A stretch of 64,000 nucleotides of DNA from an uncultured Acidimicrobiia bacterium. GTDB lineage: Bacteria > Acidobacteriota > Terriglobia > Versatilivoradales > Versatilivoraceae. Positions 1 through 8,242 of the stretch are shown here, in pieces. The notes beneath the pieces are model-generated. The model saw nothing but the letters and a program-made list of their open reading frames with translations. It was not told the origin of the DNA and did no database searches. A program made the position numbers and the translations under genes. The DNA lies in contig CAWBAT010000006.1 of the NCBI GenBank assembly GCA_963786955.1, forward strand, positions 1,059,295-1,123,294, read 5' to 3'. Within the stretch, counting starts at the first letter, position 1, and every line of letters starts with the position of its first letter.

Positions 1-1
1 C

Positions 2-610
2 AAAAACCCGCAGTCGATCCTTTGCGGCCTGATCGCAGGGCTGCTCTTTATTCCGACGACGATCTTCGACATGATCTGGGGCGTCCGTTTCCTTCAGGAA
101 GCACACGGTTTTGACTATGCATCGGCGGTGATGCGTTCGTCAATGGTACCTCTCGGGTGGATCATCGGTTGTCCGCTGCTGGGTCTGCTCTCAGATCGGA
201 TCGGGCGTAGGAAACCGGTGATTATCGGAGGGGCGATCGTTCTTTTAGCGTGTCTCGCCTGGGCGCTCTATGGCAGCCCCAACATCTTCCCTCCTTACGT
301 CATCGGCTTGGCAGCGGGACTCGGGTCAGGCGCGGCGATGCTGCCGTACACGGTGATTAAGGAAGCGAACCCTCCGGAGTTCAGCGGCACAGCCACCGGG
401 GTGGTCAATTTTCTGAATTTCACCTTCAGCGCACTGCTGGGGCCGGTGTTTGGACGGATTCTCCAGAAGGTATCGGGCGGGGCCTCGCAAATGACGCTGG
501 AGCATTACCAGGCTGGATTTGAGCCGCTTCTGTATGGTGTGGCCATTGCTATTGTGCTCACTTTTCTTTTGAAAGAGACAGGGCCGGCATGTCAAAAAAA
601 CGTCTCATGA
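2..610 (+). CDS. MFS transporter, C-terminal part (5' end lies outside the window)
   Basis: The frame is open from base 2 (KNPQSILCGLIAGLL...). It has multiple TM helices and the MFS loop motif GLLSDRIGRRKP. Confidence 0.85.
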   Translation, partial: KNPQSILCGLIAGLLFIPTTIFDMIWGVRFLQEAHGFDYASAVMRSSMVPLGWIIGCPLLGLLSDRIGRRKPVIIGGAIVLLACLAWALYGSPNIFPPYVIGLAAGLGSGAAMLPYTVIKEANPPEFSGTATGVVNFLNFTFSALLGPVFGRILQKVSGGASQMTLEHYQAGFEPLLYGVAIAIVLTFLLKETGPACQKNVS

Positions 611-665
611 CGCTGTGCGGCGCCACGTTCCATGAAAATGAGTCCCCTCCTCTAGAGGGGTGCAG

Positions 666-768
666 GGGTGGGTTGCCGCGAGCCGGAAAGACCCACCCCT
701 GAAGGCTAAAGCCTTCTTTCCCCTCCCAAGAGGGGATTCCAAGGAGAAAAGGATATGAATCGCAAGCC
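666..768. repeat. 103-bp direct repeat, copy 1 (GGGTGGGT...ACCCACCC hairpin, CCCCTC...GAGGGG hairpin, RBS and ATG)
   Basis: Identical by eye to 1362-1464. Confidence 0.9.
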
Positions 769-885
769 AGGATACCGGTCATTCTCACCAGCCGGGCGAA
801 CAGCGTCCAGGCCGGCACGGCTGGCTGCGCCGTGGGGATGCTTGCGGTTCATCCGAAACGTCAAGGAATAGTGAGGGAGAGCTGA
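766..885 (+). pseudogene. pta: C-terminal remnant of a phosphate acetyl/butyryltransferase
   Basis: Translates ARIPVILTSRANSVQAGTAGCAVGMLAVH...*, resembling the Pta/Ptb C-terminal GARVPIILTSRADS motif. It lies upstream of ackA. Confidence 0.7.
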
Positions 886-888
886 AGC

Positions 889-966
889 ATGTCTGACAAA
901 CGTCCTATGACAATCGACGGTAACGAGGCCGCGGCCTCAGTGGCCTACTTCAGAACGATTCAATAG
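889..966 (+). pseudogene. nifJ: N-terminal remnant of pyruvate:ferredoxin/flavodoxin oxidoreductase
   Basis: MSDKRPMTIDGNEAAASVAYFRTIQ* with a GAGGGAG RBS-like element upstream. TIDGNEAAASVAY is the characteristic PFOR N-terminus, followed by a premature stop. Confidence 0.75.
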
Positions 967-989
967 TTTCGCAATTGAAAGGAGAAGTT

Positions 990-1280
990 ATGAACGGGAA
1001 CAGGCTTATCCTTGCTTGTGGGCTTCTGCTTTGCCTCGTGGGAATTTCTTGTGAGAAGAATCAGATGCCAGTGCGTCCTGAACTAAAGTTGAGTTTTGAG
1101 GCAATCAAAACCCAAAATTCTATCCCTGCGGAGTATGGAGAACTGGAAGGGGTTGTCGCAGATTCGCCAAACTTCGCAAGGATGTTTTTTGAAAAGGAAG
1201 ACAAGAGTATTATTGTCGTCACCGTCAATGTGGTCGACGGATTCCTTCAAGATCGTGTCCTCGTTATTCCACGCAAGTAG
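990..1280 (+). CDS. Small hypothetical lipoprotein
   Basis: AAGGAG RBS before ATG 990. Hydrophobic signal ending in a lipobox-like VGISC. More AT-rich than its neighbours. Confidence 0.65.
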   Translation: MNGNRLILACGLLLCLVGISCEKNQMPVRPELKLSFEAIKTQNSIPAEYGELEGVVADSPNFARMFFEKEDKSIIVVTVNVVDGFLQDRVLVIPRK

Positions 1281-1361
1281 TAGACCAATGGGGCCGCTTC
1301 CAGACAGCTTTCACCGCGTCCGGAATGATGGATGTGTGGATAGGATCTGCCAAGAGTCCAC

Positions 1362-1464
1362 GGGTGGGTTGCCGCGAGCCGGAAAGACCCACCCCTGAAG
1401 GCTAAAGCCTTCTTTCCCCTCCCAAGAGGGGATTCCAAGGAGAAAAGGATATGAATCGCAAGCC
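1362..1464. repeat. 103-bp direct repeat, copy 2
   Basis: Identical by eye to 666-768. Lies directly upstream of ackA. Confidence 0.9.
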
Positions 1465-1496
1465 CGGAACTGCAAAAAACGAAAGGCTGTGACTCA

Positions 1497-2681
1497 ATGG
1501 ATGATTATGCTCTGGTACTCAATGCCGGATCATCGAGCTTGAAATTCTGTGTCTATCGGCGATCAGAGGGTGAAAGTTGGCGTCTGGAAGCTCGAGGACA
1601 AATCGAAGGCATCGGAACATCGCCCCGGTTATCTGCCAAAGATGCTGCGGGCGCAAGCCTCGCTGATCAGACCTTGGATGCGACCGTACGTGATGGGCGT
1701 CGGGCGCTGGATGCTCTGGCCGGCTGGCTTCGCTCCAGGTATGGCGGCAGCCGAGTCCTGGGTGTCGGGCATCGCGTGGTTCATGGCGGAGCGCTGCACG
1801 CCCGACCCACCGTTGTAAGCCGAGAAGTTCTGGCGGAGTTGCACCAACTGATTCCTCTGGCTCCATTACACCAGCCTCATAATCTGGCAGCCATTGAAGC
1901 GGTTTTCGAGCGACTGCCCGACGTACCGCAAGTCGCTTGTTTCGACACGAGCTTTCATCGCGGTCATTCGGCCGTTGCGGATCTGGTACCGCTACCACGC
2001 GACCTTTGTCAATCAGGACTGCAGCGCTACGGTTTCCATGGACTATCCTACGAATACATCGCTTCAGTTTTGCCACAGGTTGCGCCGGAGATCGCCCAGG
2101 GACGAGTGATCGTCGCCCATCTGGGAAGCGGCGCCAGTTTGTGCGCCCTCAAGGACGGGAAAAGCATTGATAGCACTCTTAGCTTCACAGCTCTCGATGG
2201 GCTCTGCATGGGAACCAGGCCGGGCACAGTCGATCCTGGCGTCATTCTGTATCTTTTTCAAAACCTGGGACTCTCTGCCAAGCAAGTGGAGGATATCCTC
2301 TACAAGAAATCGGGATTGCTGGGCATTTCCGGCATCAGTAACGACATGCGTGATCTGCTTTCCAGCAGTGAACCTGGAGCCCGCCTGGCCGTGGACTACT
2401 TCGTATACCGTGCTGCTAAAGAGATCGGCGCCCTCGCCGCTGTGTTGGGCGGCATCGATGGACTGGTGTTCACCGCGGGCATTGGAGAGAACTCAGCTGA
2501 ACTCCGCCGGCGCATCTGTGAATCGTCTGCTTGGCTGGGTGTGGAGTTCGACGCAGAAGCCAACGCCCGCAAAGGTCCGCGAATCTCGCACCCGGGCAGC
2601 AAGGTCTCGGCTTGGGTGATCCCGACCAACGAAGAGTTGATGATCGCCCGGCATACCGGGCGGCTGCTGGGATTGATATAA
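1497..2681 (+). CDS. ackA: Acetate/propionate kinase
   Basis: Motifs LVLNAGSSSLK, GHRVVHGG, LAPLH, FDTSFH, YGFHGLSY, FTAGIGENS and PTNEELMIA. Confidence 0.95.
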   Translation: MDDYALVLNAGSSSLKFCVYRRSEGESWRLEARGQIEGIGTSPRLSAKDAAGASLADQTLDATVRDGRRALDALAGWLRSRYGGSRVLGVGHRVVHGGALHARPTVVSREVLAELHQLIPLAPLHQPHNLAAIEAVFERLPDVPQVACFDTSFHRGHSAVADLVPLPRDLCQSGLQRYGFHGLSYEYIASVLPQVAPEIAQGRVIVAHLGSGASLCALKDGKSIDSTLSFTALDGLCMGTRPGTVDPGVILYLFQNLGLSAKQVEDILYKKSGLLGISGISNDMRDLLSSSEPGARLAVDYFVYRAAKEIGALAAVLGGIDGLVFTAGIGENSAELRRRICESSAWLGVEFDAEANARKGPRISHPGSKVSAWVIPTNEELMIARHTGRLLGLI

Positions 2682-2833
2682 GGAGCCATGCACGCCCCGG
2701 TGCGGCACCACCAAGGATGAAAGTACGGATTCCCCCTTTGAAGGGGGTGGATCGGCGGGCGATTGTGACCGCCTGTTCTGTTTGGCGACCTCATGGACAC
2801 CCTACCGCGGGCAGCCCCGAAGGATGAAAATGA

Positions 2834-2893
2834 GTCCCCTCCATGGAGGGGTGTAGGGGTGGGTTTCGAACGGGAACCCACCCCTCAAGGGAT
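2834..2893. repeat. Dispersed hairpin repeat of the same family as 640-740
   Basis: TCCCCTCC...GGAGGGG and AGGGGTGGGT...ACCCACCCCT, preceded by ATGAAAATGAG as at 632-642. Confidence 0.75.
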
Positions 2894-2910
2894 TTTCAGG
2901 AGGAGCTACC

Positions 2911-5170
2911 ATGAGCACTACTACAAAGATGACCTCAGAAGGAGTGATGCTGGCCTGGCGGTGCTTTCAGCCAGGCCTATGGCAGAAAGAAATCAACGTT
3001 CGCGATTTCATCCAGCAGAACTACACGCCCTACGAGGGAGACGACTCCTTCCTTGCGCCCCCGACGGAGCGCACCACGAAGATCTGGAATCATTTGAAGG
3101 AACTGTTTGTGGAGGAGCGCAGAAAAGGGGTCCTCGACGTCTCCGTAATTCCAAGTTCCATTACCGCGCACGGACCGGGCTACATTGATCGCGAGAATGA
3201 AGTCATCGTCGGTCTTCAGACCGAGGCGCCGCTCAAACGCGCCATTATGCCCAATGGTGGATTTCGCATGGTTGTCAACGCCCTCAAAGCGTACGGCTAC
3301 AAGCCCGATCCGCACGTTGTTGAGACATTCACCAAATATCGCAAGACGCACAACGAGGCCGTGTTCGATGCCTACACGGCAGACGTCAGGCGGTGTCGCA
3401 GCTCGCACATCCTCACTGGCCTGCCCGACGCTTACGGGCGCGGCCGCATCATTGGCGACTACCGCCGCGTGGCCCTTTACGGGGTCTCCCGGCTCATTGA
3501 ACGGAAACAGCAGGAAAAACTCAGCCTCGATGCAGCCATGTCAACGGAAGAGATTATCCGCGACCGGGAAGAACTCAGCGAGCAGACCCGGGCGCTCAAA
3601 GAACTGCAGCAGATGGCCGCCAGTTACGGATTCGATATCTCGTTGCCGGCCAGCAATGCCCGAGAAGCCGTCCAGTGGCTTTACTTTGGCTATCTGGCGG
3701 CCGTGAAAGAACAGAACGGCGCCGCCATGTCTTTAGGCCGGACGTCGAGTTTCCTCGACATCTACTTTGAACGGGACCTTGCGGCTGGCACGATCACCGA
3801 GGCCGAGGCCCAGGAGATCGTCGATGATTTCGTGATTAAACTGCGCATCGTTCGCTTTTTGCGCACACCGGAATACGATGACCTTTTCGCCGGCGATCCT
3901 ACTTGGGTCACCGAGTCGATTGGCGGCATGGGAGACGACGGCCGGACGCTGGTAACGAAAACGAGCTTTCGCTTTCTCCAGACCCTCTACAACCTCGGCC
4001 CTGCCCCGGAGCCGAATCTGACCATCTGGTATTCCCCGCGTCTTCCCGATGGCTTTCGGCATTTCTCCGCCAAAGTCGCGATCGACACGAGTTCCCTTCA
4101 ATTCGAAAACGACGAAATCATGCGCCGCGCTTGGGGCGACGACGGAGCGATCGCCTGCTGTGTGTCTCCGATGCTGGTCGGCAAGCAGATGCAGTTTTTC
4201 GGCGCCAGGGCCAATCTCGCCAAGTGTCTGCTTTACGCCATCAATGGCGGGCGGGACGAAATCAGTGGAAAACAGGTGGCCCCCAACTTTGGAGGAGTCC
4301 AAGGCGAAATCCTCGAATTCGATGACGTGAGGGAGAAGTTCGAGAAGATGATGGATTGGCTTGCCAAATGTGTACGTCAATGCCATGAACATCATTCACT
4401 TCATGCATGACAAGTACGCCTATGAACGCATCGAAATGGCATTGCACGACTACGCCCCGCTGCGGACGATGGCGTTCGGCATCGCAGGCCTGTCCGTCGT
4501 GGCCGACAGCCTGTCGGCGATCCGAGACGCAAGAGTGCGTGTGCTGCGGGACGAGACCGGGCTCGTGACCGGCTATCAGACCGAAGGTGATTTCCCCAAG
4601 TTCGGCAACAACGACAATCGCGTTGACCACCTCGCTACCTGGGCAGTGAGCACCTTCATGAGCAAGTTGAGGAAGTACCCCACTTATCGAAATGCGCTGC
4701 ACACCCAATCGGTCCTGACAATCACTTCGAACGTCGTGTACGGAAAAAACACTGGCGATACTCCAGACGGGCGGCATCGCGGGGAACCCTTTGCTCCAGG
4801 TGCGAATCCAATGCATGGTCGGGATCAACATGGCATCCACGCATCGGCGGCATCGGTTGCGAAGATCCCGTATCGTGATGCTGCTGACGGAATCTCGTAT
4901 ACCGTGTCGATGGTGCCGCAAGGCCTTGGAAGAGTCGCGGAGGACCGGATAACCAATCTGACAAGCATGCTCGATGCATTCTTTGGCAGCACCGGCTATC
5001 ACATGAACGTGAACGTGTTTAATCGCGAGACACTTCTGGACGCGATGGATCATCCCGAAAAGTACCCGCACCTGACGATTCGCGTGTCCGGCTATGCAGT
5101 CAATTTCGTGCGATTGACTCGAGAACAACAATTGGATGTGATCAATCGCACCTTCCACGGATCCGTGTAA
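2911..5170 (+). CDS. pflB: Pyruvate formate-lyase, split by one frameshift near 4365-4370
   Basis: [17 protein letters not shown], active-site AIACCVS and glycyl-radical TIRVSGYAV. ORFs 2911-4410 and 4361-5170 join as WLA-(K/N)-VYVNAMN. Confidence 0.92.
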
Positions 5171-5171
5171 C

Positions 5172-6017
5172 ATGAGTGATAGCCCGCAGGTACAGCCAGT
5201 TTCTTTGGAGGCGAAGAGTCCCTTCGAACTTCGCGTCAACCTGGGCCAGCATGTTCCGGAGACCGACGTCCGAACGGCACTCGCCACTGGAGATATGGGC
5301 TTCGTTCACTCGTTTACCACAGGGTCGACTTGGATGGACCCGGAGTGCGTGTGGTGGCCTGGCTCACCGGCTGCCAGTTTCGCTGCCTCTACTGCCACAA
5401 TCCCGATACCTGGAGAATGACGAACGGAGTTCCAGTCACCCTGGAAAGGGCGAAAGCCCAACTCGGCGAAGTACCGCCACGGGCTTAAGGTCATGAAGGG
5501 TGGGCTCACCGTGAGCGGTGGCGAACCCTTGATGCAAGACCGGTTTGTCGTCAAGCTATTCACTGCTGCGCAAGCCATGGGAATTCATACGGCTCTCGAC
5601 AGCAACGGATACTTGGGCAGTCGCCTTACCGATGAGGATCTGGAGAAGATTGACCTGGTACTGCTGGACATTAAGGCCTGGGACCCAGAGCGGCATCACC
5701 GGCTGACCGGCATGGACCCGGGTCCAGTGTTTGAGTTTGCGCGCCGTCTGGCAATCCGCCAAAAACCTGTCTGGCTGCGCTACGTGCTGGTGGCTGGGTT
5801 GACGGACGACCCGGAAGAAATCGCCCATATTGCCGACTTCACTGCCAACCTGGGTAACGTGGAACGGGTCGATGTATTACCCTTTCATCAGATGGGCGCA
5901 TTCAAGTGGAAGCAGCTCGGCATCGAATATAAACTTCAGGATGCGGAACCACCATCAAAGGAAACCCTCGATAATGTATGCGCTCAGTTCCGGTCGGCAG
6001 GGCTCAAGGTCTACTGA
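5172..6017 (+). CDS. pflA: Pyruvate formate-lyase activating enzyme (radical SAM), frameshifted
   Basis: GFVHSF near the start, [14 protein letters not shown] (CxxxCxxC) in another frame at about 5370-5412, then [11 protein letters not shown] and LPFHQMG. At least two indels. Confidence 0.9.
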
Positions 6018-6098
6018 ATTTATGGCTGCGATTCGATCAACGTCCGAACTTAACCTCCAGAAAGCGCTCACAATGTTGTCGTCTTAACAAACTCAAAC

Positions 6099-6285
6099 GC
6101 CGGGTCGGTGACCCGGCCTACAACTTTGTAGGCCGCTTAGAGTTTGGACATTGGAGCAGGCCAGATGCCTGCAGCTGGAGATTGGACATTTGTGCAAGTT
6201 TGTAGTGCCGGCTTTAGCCGGTCCTGAACATCACCGCCTGAAGGCGGTACTACAAACTTGTGGTGCGGGCGTCCTCGCCTGCCGC
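6099..6285. repeat. Cluster of GTAG-type REP-like hairpins
   Basis: CCGGGTCGGTGACCCGG-CCTAC (near-identical copy at 44581-44617), the pair GTAGTGCCGGCTTTAGCCGG / CCGCCTGAAGGCGGTACTAC, and GCGGGCGTCCTCGCCTGC. Confidence 0.75.
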
Positions 6286-6295
6286 CGACAGAACG

Positions 6296-6500
6296 AAACG
6301 CCAGGAGCGCCAAGCACGCCAAGAAAAGAGGATACACGTCAGTCAACCGCCCGATCTTATCCTACCCGTAGTTCTTCCGGATGCTTTCTGGCTACCCGCT
6401 GGATGCCGTCGCGCAACAATATCACGTTCCAAATCCTTAGCGACTTCGTCGGCGGTCTAGAAGGTTCGTACTCTTGGCGACCTTTGCGTTCTTGGCGTTT
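6296..6500 (-). mobile_element. Element with period-9 inverted repeats enclosing a collapsed GxxExxY-like gene
   Basis: 29-bp imperfect IRs at 6296-6324 and 6472-6500 built from CGCCAAG units every 9 bp. The interior translates WNVILLRDGIQRV, like the GxxExxY C-terminus. Confidence 0.6.
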
Positions 6501-6626
6501 CCCAATTCTGGGAGTCATCTGCTCAACGGAGGATCCCGAAATGAACCGATCATCCAAGCTTAGGTTAGCGCTTATGGGTCAACGTCCCCGGCTACAGCCA
6601 TTACCGCAATTTTATGCAACTGAGCA

Positions 6627-8204
6627 CTAAGGCTTTGGAGTTGAGGGAGTAGCAGGCACATTCAGTGCGGGCGGGTTGCCCATCCATTCCGCATCCTTGA
6701 GTTTCCATCCTCCTCCTAGCGACTTGTAGAGTTGGACGATGACCACGCGACGATTGAGTTCAGTGATAGCCAGTGAGTTCTGAGCGGGGAAGAGCAGTTG
6801 TTGAGCGTCAAGTACTTCGAAGTAGCTGGCCTTGCCCGCATTGTAGCGCTGGAAGGCAACTTTGACCGATTCTTCATAGGCTTGCACTTCGCGGATCTGC
6901 TCGATGCGGATGGCGTCATATTTCTGGCGCGAGATCAGAGCGTTAGAAACATCTTGAAAAGCATTCAAGGCCGTCAGTTCATACTGTAGTTTAGCTTGTT
7001 CCCAAGCAGCAACGGCCTGCCGCTTTTGGGCCTTGAGGGCACCCCCCTGGTAAATGGGGCCGGCGAGATTTCCCGCAACGCTCCAGGCATTGCCGGCACC
7101 CGAGGAGAACTCAGACAGTGGACCACTCACGTGTCCTAAGAACGTCGTGAGACCAATCTGCGGGAAAAATGCCGCGGTCGCAACCCCAATCTGAGCGTTG
7201 GCAGACCGCACTTGTTCTTCAACAGAAAGCACATCCGGCCTGCGCTCCAGCAAGGAGGAAGGCAAGCCGGCGGGAATTTCGGGTGGGATGATCTCTTCGA
7301 GCAATTTTGACTTCAACGCGATCGGGCCTGGGTTCTGCCCGAGAAGGACACTGATTTGGTTCTCTTTTAAAGCAATCTGCCGTTCAAACTCGGGAATCGT
7401 TGCAGCAGCCGAAGCCTGTGCAGCTGCGGCGCGAGAGGTCTGTAGTTTTGAGGCTACGCCTCCTTCAAGTCGTTGGGTGAAAAGTTTGAGGGTCTGATTG
7501 AACGATTCCGTGTTCTCTTTGGCGATTTCGAGCTGCAGATTCAATCCGAGCAGTTCGAAGTAAGCTTGGGCTACATCACTGACGAGCGAAAGCATGACGG
7601 CACGCTTGGCATCCTCGGTCGAAAGATATTGTGCTTTAGCCGATTCGTTCAGTCGGCGAATTCGCCCCCATACGTCCGCCTCCCAGGCAGCACTGATCAG
7701 CCCCACGAAGCCCCCCTGGGTCTCCCCCCCATTAGTAATGACATTCCCCCCCAGTTCGTTCCTGCCGCCGCTGACGGACGATGCGTAATTCACAAAAGGG
7801 AGAAATTGCGAATGGGCCTGGGCAGCAAGCTGGCGAGATTGCTCAACGCGCGTCACTGCAATGCGCAGGTCGTAATTATTGGTGAGAGCGGTCTGGATGA
7901 GCCCTTTCAGCGTTTCATCCTTGAACACCTCCCACCAGGGTAAATCGGCAAAAGAAGCCTGTTGTGCTGCTCCTTCCTGGCCGCGAAAGTCGGTTGGAAC
8001 ATTGACTACCGGTCGTTTGTAGTTGGGACCGACTGCGCAACCGGAAAGGAGGACGATCAGGGGGGAAATAGTAAGAAGAAGCAAGATGCAGGAAAGCCGG
8101 GGTGAGCCACCAGTTCGCCACAATCGCGCGCTGAAGAAACGAGCAGCCTGTAAGCCATGTATCCTAGCGCACCCAATGGTCCGGACTGTGTTTATTCTGG
8201 TCAT
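6627..8204 (-). CDS. RND efflux outer membrane factor lipoprotein (NodT/OprM type)
   Basis: Lipobox LLSGC-AVGPNY, WEADVWGRIRR, LLERRPDV and LYKSLGGGW. The true start may be downstream of 8204. Confidence 0.93.
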   Translation of the reverse strand: MTRINTVRTIGCARIHGLQAARFFSARLWRTGGSPRLSCILLLLTISPLIVLLSGCAVGPNYKRPVVNVPTDFRGQEGAAQQASFADLPWWEVFKDETLKGLIQTALTNNYDLRIAVTRVEQSRQLAAQAHSQFLPFVNYASSVSGGRNELGGNVITNGGETQGGFVGLISAAWEADVWGRIRRLNESAKAQYLSTEDAKRAVMLSLVSDVAQAYFELLGLNLQLEIAKENTESFNQTLKLFTQRLEGGVASKLQTSRAAAAQASAAATIPEFERQIALKENQISVLLGQNPGPIALKSKLLEEIIPPEIPAGLPSSLLERRPDVLSVEEQVRSANAQIGVATAAFFPQIGLTTFLGHVSGPLSEFSSGAGNAWSVAGNLAGPIYQGGALKAQKRQAVAAWEQAKLQYELTALNAFQDVSNALISRQKYDAIRIEQIREVQAYEESVKVAFQRYNAGKASYFEVLDAQQLLFPAQNSLAITELNRRVVIVQLYKSLGGGWKLKDAEWMGNPPALNVPATPSTPKP

Positions 8205-8242
8205 GGTGCAATTTGAGTTCCCTGTCTTTACCTTGTAAGAAT

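Noticed and set aside
4355-4415. Programmed frameshift in pflB
   Set aside because: There is no slippery heptamer, and similar indels affect many unrelated genes.
4262-5287. 341-aa minus-strand ORF
   Set aside because: It is an antisense shadow of pflB/pflA.
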